A stretch of 40,754 bases of DNA from a virus, in the IMG/VR virus record IMGVR_UViG_3300033475_000073, positions 1-40,754 of that record, one strand, 5' to 3'. The position numbers and the translations under genes were made by a program. How positions within the stretch are numbered: the first letter of the stretch is position 1; every line of letters starts with the position of its first letter. Shown piece by piece: positions 8,159 to 17,289 of the stretch. The notes beneath the pieces were generated by a model. The model was not told where the DNA came from and did not search any database. It saw nothing but the letters and a program-made list of their open reading frames with translations.

Positions 8159-10269
8159 TAGCCCGGCTTGCCGCCCGGCCTGACCGCAGGATCGGCAACC
8201 TTCATGGCGTTCGCCACGGCTGCGTTCTGCGTGTCGATTTCGTGGTCCAGAATGATTTGCGTCTGGCGCATCTTCAGTTCTTGCTGCGTCTGATAGGCCT
8301 GTAGGTTGGCCTTCTGCGCTGCGACGAACATCTGCGTTCTCGCGTCAGCCTGGTTCTTCTGTGCCGTCAGCGCGACATTCGCCTTGGCCTTGGCCTGCTC
8401 GATCTGCATCTTGCCGGCGGTCTGGGCCTGCTGGTTCTGGATATGAGCCTGGGCCTTAGCGGTCTCGGCCTGCGCCTTGGCCTGATCGGCAGGGTTGGGC
8501 CCGGCACCGGGCGGCATGATTGGCTGTTGAGCCTGCGGACCCTTCGGAAAGCTGAAGAAACGATCCACACCCTTCAGGCCCATAGCATTGATGCCGATCT
8601 CCGCGCTGTTGCGCAGATTATCGGACGAGACGAACCCAAGCGGGATGGCCTGGGCCTGCATCTGGGCCAGCAATCCAGCATGGGCCAACTGCTGATCCCG
8701 GTCGCCCATGCCCAGACCGACGCTTGCGGTCAGGTCCATGTCGCTGTTCCACGTGCGCGGGTCCATCGGAACCCAATCGTCACGCAGACGCACCATGCGC
8801 GGCTTGTCCTGATACTCACAAATCAGCTTCAGAATGAGCCGGAACGCGTCCTTGACGCCCGTCTCAGCAAAGGTTCGGGCGATAAGCTCAATCTTGCCCA
8901 TCGCGGCCGACATCAGCATACGCTCGCCAATGGCTGTCTCGTGCAGCTGGTTGGCGCCCAAGCCCTGCGTGCGCTGGGATACGCCCGTGCGCTGCTCCAT
9001 AACGCTGTCGATGTAATTCAGGCCGTTTAGAGCCTGGTCACCGACATTGGGCACTGGAATGGGGTTAATGGTGCCAATGGCCTTGACGCGGATCTTGCGG
9101 CCCGGCGCGCTCGAAAGCACCTCGGACGGATCGATCACCTGGGATTCGACAACTTCCTCGCGCTGGTTGTTAGCCAGATAGAGATTGTCGAGGTACTGAC
9201 GCATGATCGTGGACTTGATGAGCTGAATATCTCGGATCAAGTCGGCAACCGCACGGCCCCAGAAGCGGTGCGGCATGAGAATGGGTGTTAACGAAGCAAA
9301 CGGGCGCGGCGTGTCCCAAGCCTCGTTGCTAAGGATTTCGTAGACAGCGCCGGCCGTGACCACCTTGCGCATTTCCGCAATGCCGTCACCATCCACGTCA
9401 GCGAGGATATAGCCCTCGGTGACCCAGATTTGCCGCATAGCGTCGTTGATGTTCGGCTGGCCGGCCGGGACAACATACTCAACCGTGTTGCGGGCGATTT
9501 CCTCGGCATCCGTCTGAATGCTGGTTTCGTCGCCAGACAGGCGCTCGACAATCTCGCGGGAATAACCTTGCTCGATCATCCATGAAATTGTGCGGCGGCG
9601 GCGGTGGCCCACAAACCGCGCATGAGCAATATCGCGAGCGTCCTTGGAAATCAGGAACTCTTCCGGCGGAACCGGAACGATCTTGACGCACCCGCTTTTG
9701 TCAGTCCGCGTGATGACCAGATCGTGATAGGTCTGACCGTCATCGCCGTTAATCTCCGTATGCTCGGAGACTTCGACGCTCGGATCATTGACAATCATTG
9801 CGAACGAGACATCGTCCAGGCCGGCGTAACGCTCGCGCTTGGTCTTGGGCGTATCGTCCCACCAGATCTTCAGGATGCCATTCTTCTGAAGCAGGGCGTC
9901 CTTGAACCAGCTGTAATAGTTCCGGTAGCCGTGATTGTCGCGGTTCCAGATATAGTTGACGTAGTCCGTCGCCTGCTTTGCCAGCGGAACGTCGCGCTCT
10001 GTCTCAGGCTGGAACTCTACCGTGTCGTCCTGCGAGCAGAAAATCCGCATGAGCGTCGGCAGAATCCACTCGACGGTATCGGAAACGTCCTGCGAAACGA
10101 CTTGCGAGCGGCCATCAATCTCATTGCCAAACGGGCGCGCCTGGTAATAGTCCATATTGGCGGCACGTTCGATGGATAGCTGGGAATTGGCCTGACCGTC
10201 CGCACCTTCAATCTCAGCACGTATGATAGCCTTGAGGTCGGAGTCGGTGACCCCTTTGCGTGCTGCCAA
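8158..10269 (-). CDS. Portal protein
   Basis: 703 aa. The N-terminal pattern ERAANMDYYQARPFGNEIDGRSQVVSQDVSDTVEWILPTLMRIF is typical of podovirus portals. Position between terL and scaffold. Confidence 0.9.
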   Translation of the reverse strand: MAARKGVTDSDLKAIIRAEIEGADGQANSQLSIERAANMDYYQARPFGNEIDGRSQVVSQDVSDTVEWILPTLMRIFCSQDDTVEFQPETERDVPLAKQATDYVNYIWNRDNHGYRNYYSWFKDALLQKNGILKIWWDDTPKTKRERYAGLDDVSFAMIVNDPSVEVSEHTEINGDDGQTYHDLVITRTDKSGCVKIVPVPPEEFLISKDARDIAHARFVGHRRRRTISWMIEQGYSREIVERLSGDETSIQTDAEEIARNTVEYVVPAGQPNINDAMRQIWVTEGYILADVDGDGIAEMRKVVTAGAVYEILSNEAWDTPRPFASLTPILMPHRFWGRAVADLIRDIQLIKSTIMRQYLDNLYLANNQREEVVESQVIDPSEVLSSAPGRKIRVKAIGTINPIPVPNVGDQALNGLNYIDSVMEQRTGVSQRTQGLGANQLHETAIGERMLMSAAMGKIELIARTFAETGVKDAFRLILKLICEYQDKPRMVRLRDDWVPMDPRTWNSDMDLTASVGLGMGDRDQQLAHAGLLAQMQAQAIPLGFVSSDNLRNSAEIGINAMGLKGVDRFFSFPKGPQAQQPIMPPGAGPNPADQAKAQAETAKAQAHIQNQQAQTAGKMQIEQAKAKANVALTAQKNQADARTQMFVAAQKANLQAYQTQQELKMRQTQIILDHEIDTQNAAVANAMKVADPAVRPGGKPG

Positions 10270-10455
10270 TTAAGCTGTCCGTTCCGGTGTGTGCCCGAAT
10301 GTGAGCGACTTCAAGAATACCGTGCCCGATCCCGCTGGCGCGAACTCAAGCAGGTAATGGCAAGTCCCCTCGGTGTGTTGCAGACGCAAATGGCCGTACT
10401 CATTCCGTATTTCCATGATCGGCTTGGAATAAACGGTTTCAGCTTCGTCAGTCAT
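10270..10455 (-). CDS. Hypothetical small protein
   Basis: ATG at 10455 overlaps the terL stop (ATGA). It ends one nt before the portal ATG. Confidence 0.5.
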   Translation of the reverse strand: MTDEAETVYSKPIMEIRNEYGHLRLQHTEGTCHYLLEFAPAGSGTVFLKSLTFGHTPERTA

Positions 10456-11759
10456 ACGACCCATTTAGTGGCAGGCTGAGACCAGCCAGAATTGTTGCGC
10501 GGCTCTTCGTACGCGACGCACATCAAGCCGAACGCATCTGCGGCATGGCTCGACCAGTCATGTTCCGGTCCCAAGCCAATCTCGCGCTCATCCTCGGACT
10601 TCTTCTCGTGATACCAGCCAAGCGCATCGCGGCCGGCTTCAGTCCTGCTTACGTTGAACCAGATGCGCGGAAAGAGCCGGCGAGCGGCCTCAATACGCAT
10701 CTTGGCAGCCCCCTTACCCTGATTGGGGATCACATCGACGTTGAACTGAGCGTCTTGAAGGGCGCTCTTGTACGAAACGTCGTGAACCTTATCGTTCGTG
10801 TCGCCGTCATGCGGCAGGACACACAGCGCCTTGGAATAGCCGTTGTCACGAAGCCACTGCACATGACTGGCAAGCGGCTGGCCCTTGGCCTCATAATAGT
10901 CAAGCACGCGAATCTCGCGCCCAATGAACTGGCTGATCCAAATCGAGCAGGCGTCAGCCTTGGCGCCCGTACCGCCGATGTCCCAATAGGCTCGCAGCGT
11001 CATCAGAGGGTCGGCTGCGACGTTGCCGATGCGGCCCTGTGTTTTTGCCAGCAGCAGCGCCGAGGCGTAGTAAGCCCCCTCTACCACGGTCGCGTAACCG
11101 CCTTCCCAGATGTGATCGACTTGCTCTGGCCGCTCTGCGATGTCTCGCTGGCGATCACGTTCAAGCTTGGCTGGGAACTTGGGGTTGTCCCGCCAGTTGC
11201 ATTCGACAACCTTGATGCGCGGATCAGCCGACCGGCGAAACCTGGCCTCTACCGGCGCCGCCTTACGTTTTGGGTTCCACGTCACCCATAGCTCGGCATT
11301 CCAATCCTCGCCCTCCTCTCGAAGGGTCGGGATTACAGTCGTCCAGGCCGTATCAGTTACGGGCTCGGCCTCATCCACCCACAGGATGAGAACGCGGCCC
11401 TTGGACTTGATCGAGGCGACGTTACGATCCAGGCCAACAAAGGTGAACCAGATGCGCCCGTCCCGGCTTTTGATGTACTTCTCGCCAACGTCGTAATAGT
11501 CGGCAAGGAACGGCTCGTCGGCTATTGCCCGCTTGCACTCCTCAAGCGAGGAATCCTCAAGCGAGTTCATGAACTGGCGACCGCAGACAAGTTGGCCGCT
11601 GATACCCTGCTTGCCAAACATGTAACCGCGAACCGCGATCATCTTGGCGAAGCTTCTGGTCTTGGCGGATCCTCGCCCGCCGTAAGCCCCCCGAACGTCG
11701 GCCTCTCCCATGAATACCGGGATCAGCTTTTTGGGGAGGTCAATCCTTGCTGTCGTCAC
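10452..11759 (-). CDS. terL: Terminase large subunit (PBSX/Terminase_3-like)
   Basis: 435 aa. Walker A GGRGSAKT, Walker B-like LILWVDEAE, and a C-terminal nuclease region. Confidence 0.92.
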   Translation of the reverse strand: MTTARIDLPKKLIPVFMGEADVRGAYGGRGSAKTRSFAKMIAVRGYMFGKQGISGQLVCGRQFMNSLEDSSLEECKRAIADEPFLADYYDVGEKYIKSRDGRIWFTFVGLDRNVASIKSKGRVLILWVDEAEPVTDTAWTTVIPTLREEGEDWNAELWVTWNPKRKAAPVEARFRRSADPRIKVVECNWRDNPKFPAKLERDRQRDIAERPEQVDHIWEGGYATVVEGAYYASALLLAKTQGRIGNVAADPLMTLRAYWDIGGTGAKADACSIWISQFIGREIRVLDYYEAKGQPLASHVQWLRDNGYSKALCVLPHDGDTNDKVHDVSYKSALQDAQFNVDVIPNQGKGAAKMRIEAARRLFPRIWFNVSRTEAGRDALGWYHEKKSEDEREIGLGPEHDWSSHAADAFGLMCVAYEEPRNNSGWSQPATKWVV

Positions 11760-12051
11760 CAGCAGTCAGTTCTGTCAGCACGACCTTGGTCACCACTTCA
11801 AGCGGACCCTCGCCGTCTGCACCCGCAATTGCTTGGACAGCCTTGCCATCTAGGCGGTCAGCGACTTCCTTGATTGCCGGCACATCGCCACCAGCGGCCT
11901 TATCGACCAAGGCTTCGGCAATGCGAGCGATCTTCGTCTTGTCCCCCTCAGACCGCATAATCGCCAAGGTCAAAGCCTCTCTGAAAAGCTTATGTTTTTT
12001 TGGCCCGGGCGTTCCGTTCGGGTTGCCAGACTTTCCCGGCTCGAAAGGCAT
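11740..12051 (-). CDS. Putative terminase small subunit (DUF5681-like)
   Basis: 103 aa. N-terminal FEPGKSGNPNGTPGPKK motif. Immediately upstream of terL, overlapping it by 20 nt. Confidence 0.55.
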   Translation of the reverse strand: MPFEPGKSGNPNGTPGPKKHKLFREALTLAIMRSEGDKTKIARIAEALVDKAAGGDVPAIKEVADRLDGKAVQAIAGADGEGPLEVVTKVVLTELTAGDDSKD

Positions 12052-12071
12052 TGCGTTTTTCCATTAACTCT

Positions 12072-12551
12072 TTAGGCGGCCTTGGAAAGGGCGCGGGGCA
12101 TGAACACGGTCTCAGGACTGCGATAAACTGCAAAGCCCTTGGGGCCGCGCGGACGGTTTTGAGGTAGCCGTTCGTTGCGAAGGCGGTAACCACATCCCCA
12201 GTCCGTTTCGATCCAGTAGTCTGCGTTGGCGGCAGCGAGCTTCTGGCGGATGCGACAGACATGGACACTGACGTTCTTCATGCCGATGTCGGAGCCGTCT
12301 GCCTCGTCAAAAGCCAAGGAGCTTAGAAGCGATTCGGGCTTAACTGTTTTGCCCACGCGGGATACCAAGTGCTGCCAGACGCGCAGTTCGCGACGGTTGA
12401 GGTGGACACGGGGCGGCGGAGATACGCCCTCCTTGCCCATGTATGCCTCGCACAGAATGGATATTTTGTCTGCGGCGCGCTCGACTGCCGGATCAACCGA
12501 GATTGCCCGGATCTGATCCAGAAGCCTCTCGACTTCCTGATGAGCTGACAT
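12072..12551 (-). CDS. Orphan OmpR/PhoB-type winged-helix DNA-binding protein (putative late-gene regulator)
   Basis: 159 aa. LNRRELRVWQHLVSRVGKTVKPESLL...NVSVHVCRIRQKL...ETDWGCGYRL matches the Trans_reg_C pattern. No receiver domain. First gene of the late operon. Confidence 0.75.
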   Translation of the reverse strand: MSAHQEVERLLDQIRAISVDPAVERAADKISILCEAYMGKEGVSPPPRVHLNRRELRVWQHLVSRVGKTVKPESLLSSLAFDEADGSDIGMKNVSVHVCRIRQKLAAANADYWIETDWGCGYRLRNERLPQNRPRGPKGFAVYRSPETVFMPRALSKAA

Positions 12552-12774
12552 AGTTCAATCCCCTCGGATTGGTTAGGCTGCGATACGGCCAGCGGATGCC
12601 GGCGGATTTGTCGGCCGCGGGCCAGGATCAATCGCAAAGCGTGGATCCGGCCTGAGACGGAAGTCCTCGACAACCTTCGGCGTAAAGCTGACCGGGCTAT
12701 AAGCTGAACAGCGATGAGTGGCGCGGGCGCACTGACCGCCGACCTCGTAACGAGTTAGTGTCCCGGAATATGAT

Positions 12775-12954
12775 TCAACGCTGACTAGGGTTGCCATCCA
12801 GGCCCTCGTCTTTGAAACTGCCCTCTGGCATGGATGCGCTGAAGACATGGCCCCGCTGGGCCTCGTGAATTAGCTGGTCTGTCTCGACTTCGGTCTGATC
12901 GAAATCGTCTAGGACACCCGCTGTAATGCAGGTGACTGGCTTGCGCGGCGGCAT
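12775..12954 (-). CDS. Hypothetical small protein
   Basis: 59 aa from the internal ATG (MPPRKPVTCITAGVLDDFDQ...). Third-position GC is about 66 percent by hand count. The SD is weak. Confidence 0.4.
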   Translation of the reverse strand: MPPRKPVTCITAGVLDDFDQTEVETDQLIHEAQRGHVFSASMPEGSFKDEGLDGNPSQR

Positions 12955-13040
12955 TGCCTCGGCTGATTTGGCAAGAAAAAGCCCCGCGCGGCGATTACCG
13001 GGCGAGGCCAACGGCGCAGTTTTGCACCATACGTAAATGT

Positions 13041-13238
13041 CTACGCAGTTTCCGGAGGACGTGCAAGAGTCGGGATGAGTGCGATCATCGCCAAATATTG
13101 CTTTCTCAGCCTTTCCGCCTGATGTTTCATGCGCGCTCGGTAAACGCTATTCGCGAGTGCGTGGCAGCGATGGCAGTTGCGCTGATTGGGGCGGGCGATT
13201 TCTCCGCAGGAGCATTGGTTTTGTTTCATTTGCTTCAC
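13041..13238 (-). CDS. Small Cys-rich (zinc-ribbon-like) protein
   Basis: 65 aa with CSCG...CHRCH; 4-nt overlap with the upstream gene. Confidence 0.55.
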   Translation of the reverse strand: MKQMKQNQCSCGEIARPNQRNCHRCHALANSVYRARMKHQAERLRKQYLAMIALIPTLARPPETA

Positions 13239-13468
13239 GGGAAACGTTCCAAGTTGGGCGCATCACTGAATTCCGCAAGAGCCCGAGACATTTCTCTGTC
13301 AGAAACCATCATTGCCGTGATGACCCAAAAGCCGGGCCAACCGAACATAAGCGGCACCCAAATCATAAAATGATCGGGATACATCGCAAATCCGACGCAG
13401 GGCCACAGGAGGAATGCTAAAAGCCCAAGAACAATGGCCCACATCTTAATGACATGCAGCGCCATCAA
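13235..13468 (-). CDS. Small integral membrane protein
   Basis: 77 aa with 2-3 hydrophobic spans (WAIVLGLLAFLLWPCVGFA, IWVPLMFGWPGFWVITAMMV). Confidence 0.6.
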   Translation of the reverse strand: MMALHVIKMWAIVLGLLAFLLWPCVGFAMYPDHFMIWVPLMFGWPGFWVITAMMVSDREMSRALAEFSDAPNLERFP

Positions 13469-14010
13469 GCGCCCCTCGCTTTTGCAATCGCCTCGATAAG
13501 GCTGTCCAGAGCCTCACGGAAGCGCGCCAGCGTCGAATCTCGATAGCCAGGCTGTATGGACACCACCGTTTCGGCGACCTTGTAGCCCTCGCCGCAGACT
13601 CTCCTACAGATCATCCAGTCGTTGGTGCCCATGGCCAGTTCGACGCGGCGCCAGAACTGCTTGGTGGCGCGCTCAACATCCACGAACGAACCTGAAATCC
13701 CGGCAGCGCGGACACGGTTGGGATCGAACCCGGCAGGCCACGAGGCGTTAATAATTCGCCAGCCCTCGTCAAATGCGAAAGCTGCGTCACGCCTTGCATT
13801 GGCCCTACGCACCTCTTCCTTGATACCGTGCTTGGCGGCGGCAGCCTTGCAGCAAAGGTGACCCAGCCGAAATTCCTTCTCGTAGACGGTCAGTCGTTCC
13901 CAGCCCTGCTTCGCGCCGGCACGGGTTGAGATATGGCGGGTTTGTGCATGATCGGCCGTGATAATCGCCGGGCCCTGGATTTCAACAGCTTCGGCGGCGG
14001 TGGATTTCAT
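13465..14010 (-). CDS. Hypothetical protein
   Basis: 181-aa track ORF in the leftward early operon with native-looking composition. Confidence 0.65.
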   Translation of the reverse strand: MKSTAAEAVEIQGPAIITADHAQTRHISTRAGAKQGWERLTVYEKEFRLGHLCCKAAAAKHGIKEEVRRANARRDAAFAFDEGWRIINASWPAGFDPNRVRAAGISGSFVDVERATKQFWRRVELAMGTNDWMICRRVCGEGYKVAETVVSIQPGYRDSTLARFREALDSLIEAIAKARGA

Positions 14011-14013
14011 GTC

Positions 14014-14355
14014 TTACCCTTTCTGTTGTGTGAGGGCGGCGGTGAGGGCTGCGCGGGCAAGCTTCTCGTAGACGTGGTAATAGTGCGTCGTGTCCTTGCC
14101 TTCGCTTTTCAGCATCCCGATAACAGCATCGCGCACCATAACCTCCGTCACCTCTGTCTGTGTGGGTTGGGAAGCGAGATGGTCGGCGCAGGCGTCTACA
14201 TCGATCACAAGCATAGGGTCGCTTCCGTTTTCTGGCGAGAACTTTGGGTTTTCGACCACGATATAGCGGTCATCTTTGCCAGAAACCTTGTAGCCTTCGG
14301 CAATCGCTCTGAGTGCCGCCAGTATCTCGCGCATCACCTTGTCGTCGTGGGTCAT
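14014..14355 (-). CDS. Hypothetical protein
   Basis: 113-aa track ORF; 4-nt overlap with the upstream gene. Confidence 0.6.
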   Translation of the reverse strand: MTHDDKVMREILAALRAIAEGYKVSGKDDRYIVVENPKFSPENGSDPMLVIDVDACADHLASQPTQTEVTEVMVRDAVIGMLKSEGKDTTHYYHVYEKLARAALTAALTQQKG

Positions 14356-14606
14356 TGGGCGTCACCGAATTTCGCCAGAGCCTCTGCAAGCCATTTCTTT
14401 GCCACCGCTTCAGCGCGTTGCTGGCCAGCGACCTTATCAATCGACCGGGTCTTTAAGCGATTTCCAAACACTGACACGTTGTATCGCGGCTCTCCATCTG
14501 CGAGTTTAGACAGGCCCTCATACCAGACTGACAGTTTCATTCCTGGCCCTAGCACGGTCACTTCAGTGTCGAGATATTGACCTTCCCGTTTCCATTCTAA
14601 GTCCAT
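14352..14606 (-). CDS. Hypothetical protein
   Basis: 84-aa track ORF, tightly packed. Confidence 0.6.
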   Translation of the reverse strand: MDLEWKREGQYLDTEVTVLGPGMKLSVWYEGLSKLADGEPRYNVSVFGNRLKTRSIDKVAGQQRAEAVAKKWLAEALAKFGDAQ

Positions 14607-14607
14607 C

Positions 14608-14976
14608 TCACTTTTCCTTGTTGGCGGCTAGGGAACGGATGGCCTTGGAAAGCGCAGTATACCGTTCTTCACATTTGATGCTTTCCCGGTGCGAGCCCAT
14701 CGTATAAAGCTGGGCACTCATCGCCCTCAGTTCGCATTCCATTTCGCGCAGCGGCACCAAATATCCTTCCACCACCTCCGCCCGCGCATCGTCCGTGGAT
14801 GGGGTGCGGCCCTGCCGGATCGCTTCCTTGTACGCGCGCGTGAGGTAATGCATCGTATCGCACGATAAAATCCACTCGCTGTCAGCCCGGTTGAAGTGCG
14901 CCTCAGAAATAACCTTGTTGAGCAGCGTCTCAACGGTTTCCGCTTCAGTCCGTTCTGTCGTCATGGGGGCGGTCAT
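14608..14976 (-). CDS. Hypothetical protein
   Basis: 122-aa track ORF. Confidence 0.6.
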   Translation of the reverse strand: MTAPMTTERTEAETVETLLNKVISEAHFNRADSEWILSCDTMHYLTRAYKEAIRQGRTPSTDDARAEVVEGYLVPLREMECELRAMSAQLYTMGSHRESIKCEERYTALSKAIRSLAANKEK

Positions 14977-15116
14977 GGGGTGGGGTCCACCAGTTTTTCC
15001 TTGGCCTCTTCCCGAATCTGCTCCAAGAACGCCACAGTGAACGGAAGAGGATAATCTCTGGCGCCAGCAACGGCGTTAATCCAACGCTCAAGAATGAGAA
15101 ATTGCTCTAGTGTCAC
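14973..15116 (-). CDS. Hypothetical small protein (GTG start)
   Basis: Only the last 47 codons of the 118-aa track ORF look native (VTLEQFLILERWINAV...). The GTG at 15116 overlaps the upstream stop (GTGA). Confidence 0.45.
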   Translation of the reverse strand: MTLEQFLILERWINAVAGARDYPLPFTVAFLEQIREEAKEKLVDPTP

Positions 15117-15304
15117 TTCGTTTCCCTTCCTTGTTCTGAGGTGTAGCGGGATAGGGCACGGCCGATTTTGCAGTCGGGCGAATGAGCTGCTTCCTTGCGA
15201 TAGCAGACCGGGCAGCGATCCTCTGGCATCGACCACTCGATGTACCTCAAAGCTTCCGCCAGCTCGTCTACTAGTGGGGTCACGGCGTGCCTGCCAGACC
15301 GCAA
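15113..15304 (-). CDS. Small Cys/His-containing protein
   Basis: 63 aa with native composition (CPVCYRKEAAHSPDC). Confidence 0.55.
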   Translation of the reverse strand: MRSGRHAVTPLVDELAEALRYIEWSMPEDRCPVCYRKEAAHSPDCKIGRALSRYTSEQGRETK

Positions 15305-15570
15305 TAGCCGTGAGGCTCAATGACGCCATCCTTGCAGGGAAGTGTATTATACCGCTCGCTTACGTGTTCTCTCGGGTCCCAATTCCACTCTTCCCATTCT
15401 GAATGCTTACCCTTGGCCTGGACCATGAAAGTGCGCCTGACATGAGTTTCGCGCCAAGCCATGCAGGCGGACCCGATGCAGGCGCATGTTTCCTTCCAAC
15501 TTGGATCGCTGGGATCGGCGAAACGCGGGCGCTGATGGCACCATTTCGTCTTAGCTTCGTCCTCGGTCAT
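15280..15570 (-). CDS. Conserved-looking small Cys-rich phage protein
   Basis: 96 aa; KWCHQRP...CACIGSACMAWRE pattern. Confidence 0.6.
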   Translation of the reverse strand: MTEDEAKTKWCHQRPRFADPSDPSWKETCACIGSACMAWRETHVRRTFMVQAKGKHSEWEEWNWDPREHVSERYNTLPCKDGVIEPHGYCGLAGTP

Positions 15571-15875
15571 GTATCTGTCTCCGAAAGAGCGGCGCGGGCG
15601 ATTTCTCCGTGGTCGCGCGATACATCGTGGTAATATACCGCGTCGTCGCCCTTGGGGTTGAATTTATCTCCGTCAATCGCTTTCTGATTGGGGCCTTGGT
15701 AACGCTTTGGGTCTGCGTAGAATGTCAGCGCCTCAGTAAGCTTGGCGACGCGGTCGAGGAGATAGGCGCGGTCTGTGTGCGCTATGCCACCCCTGCTGCA
15801 CCCAAAGAAATACCCATTGTCCACGCGCTCCTGAACATCAGCGTGCCGTTCCGCAATCTCTTGTGTCCGTGTCAT
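15567..15875 (-). CDS. Hypothetical protein
   Basis: 102-aa track ORF; 4-nt overlap downstream. Confidence 0.6.
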   Translation of the reverse strand: MTRTQEIAERHADVQERVDNGYFFGCSRGGIAHTDRAYLLDRVAKLTEALTFYADPKRYQGPNQKAIDGDKFNPKGDDAVYYHDVSRDHGEIARAALSETDT

Positions 15876-15884
15876 GTTAGGGGC

Positions 15885-16076
15885 CTATTCGATCACGCGG
15901 TAAGCGATGATGTCGCAAACTTCTGGATTGCCGTGCTGCCAGCAGGCTTCAAAATCACCACATTTGCGATAGCCATCACGAAATATGACCTCGACAAATC
16001 GGCCAGGAACTGGGTTATTGCCGCCCAACCACGGCGTGAAATCTTCTGGAATTTCGATACTGTAATTGACTGTCAT
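15885..16076 (-). CDS. Hypothetical protein
   Basis: 63-aa track ORF. Confidence 0.5.
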   Translation of the reverse strand: MTVNYSIEIPEDFTPWLGGNNPVPGRFVEVIFRDGYRKCGDFEACWQHGNPEVCDIIAYRVIE

Positions 16077-16109
16077 CTCACCCTCTCTTTGGTTGGGAAT
16101 GGGAGCAGG

Positions 16110-16448
16110 TCATGCTGCGGCTTCCCACGGCTTCGGTTGCTCGATTCCCAGCAGTACGCGCGCACGGCGCAGCTTCTCGGCCTCGAGGTGAAGCACATGG
16201 TGCCAGCGATCCCGTAGTTCGTTCGATTTCGGGAACCAGGGCTTTTCGTTCCGCCATTTACCGATGACTTCGCGCAGATGGACTTCCGAGATGCCGTCCA
16301 GATCCTCGGCGTAGTCCTCAAACAACATTGTCCAGCTATCGGCCGGGCGCTCGGAACGGAAATGATTAGCAAGCCTGGCCAAGTGCGCAATCACCACGGA
16401 CTTCGCGGCCGGCGCCTGCCTAGCCTGTAGATCGGCCTCCATTGCCAT
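16110..16448 (-). CDS. Hypothetical protein downstream of the replication gene
   Basis: The native-looking part of the 160-aa track ORF starts at MAMEADLQ (ATG 16448). The upstream extension overlaps the 289-aa gene and looks non-native. Confidence 0.55.
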   Translation of the reverse strand: MAMEADLQARQAPAAKSVVIAHLARLANHFRSERPADSWTMLFEDYAEDLDGISEVHLREVIGKWRNEKPWFPKSNELRDRWHHVLHLEAEKLRRARVLLGIEQPKPWEAAA

Positions 16449-17289
16449 GAGAGATGGCAAGTCGGATGAGGTTGTCGGGGACGGTTTCCATCCCCTGCCG
16501 TTGTCCGTCGTCCAGACCAGCAGCTCGGCGTGCCCCGGCTGCGAGTTCGTCAAACTGCGATGACTTTGCTGTGTTTCGATCAGGTCTGGCATTGAGGCAC
16601 CAATTCAAAAACGTCTTTTTCCAATCCAGTTTCGAAGCCTTGGCCCCGGTCTCGGAGGCCCAGTAGGCGGTGAACTTCGTTGCCTCTACCCGCAAACTCG
16701 GCGGCGCTCGACCAAGCTCACGGAAACGCTCCTCGACCCAGGGAAACCAATCTGCTGGAATTTCTTGGTCAGATGGCCAGCGAGTACCGCGAATGGCCCG
16801 AAGCTTTGAGGCGCTCGCGTCAGCGGGCGCGCCTTCTACTTTTTTCTCTGTATCTGTATCTGCTTCTGTATCTGCCTCTGGGGGCGTTACATCGGCCGTT
16901 ACTGTAACGTTACATGTAACGTTACGCTTGCGGTCCCTAAATGCAGCAACCCTTTGATTAGGCGAGTCAGACTTGTACTGGGCCTCGTCCCAATCGTGCG
17001 GTCGATAGCCACGTTCCGTTTTGTCGAACAGCTTCGCACTCAGCAGCACTTGCATCGTGTCTCGCACCTTTGCCGGCGGCTTGCGCAGCACGAACGACAG
17101 AACTTCCAGGTCATCAGTGAACTCGCCCCCATGTTTAGAGGCGAAGCACAGGAGCGTGTGCCAGGCTCGGTACTGCCAGTCCGAAAGCATCTGGACCTTC
17201 GGATTGTCCATTGTTGTTTCGTACTGCCTGAACCAACGACCTTTAGCCAATCTGTTCTCCGTCAGTGGACGGATTAAACGTGCGCTCAC
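16420..17289 (-). CDS. Putative replication initiation / replisome-organizer protein
   Basis: 289 aa. N-terminal MDNPKVQMLSDWQYRAWHTLLCFASKHGG (DnaD/DUF1376-like flavour), an acidic TD/EA linker, and C-terminal KFTAYWASETGAKASKLDWKKTFLNW. Confidence 0.55.
   Translation of the reverse strand: MSARLIRPLTENRLAKGRWFRQYETTMDNPKVQMLSDWQYRAWHTLLCFASKHGGEFTDDLEVLSFVLRKPPAKVRDTMQVLLSAKLFDKTERGYRPHDWDEAQYKSDSPNQRVAAFRDRKRNVTCNVTVTADVTPPEADTEADTDTEKKVEGAPADASASKLRAIRGTRWPSDQEIPADWFPWVEERFRELGRAPPSLRVEATKFTAYWASETGAKASKLDWKKTFLNWCLNARPDRNTAKSSQFDELAAGARRAAGLDDGQRQGMETVPDNLIRLAISHGNGGRSTG
16847..16925. repeat. ori-like repeat cluster inside the replication gene linker
   Basis: Six tandem hexamers TCTGTA TCTGTA TCTGCT TCTGTA TCTGCC TCTGGG (16847..16882) preceded by a T-run. 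Six GTTAC/GTAAC pentamers (16886..16925) include a perfect 22-bp palindrome GTAACGTTACATGTAACGTTAC (16904..16925). Confidence 0.5.

Noticed and set aside
14973-15329. 118-aa minus-strand ORF
   Set aside because: The N-terminal 71 residues are Arg/Ser/Gly-rich and overlap the native-looking 63-aa gene (15113..15304). It was replaced by a 47-aa GTG-initiated gene coupled by a GTGA overlap.
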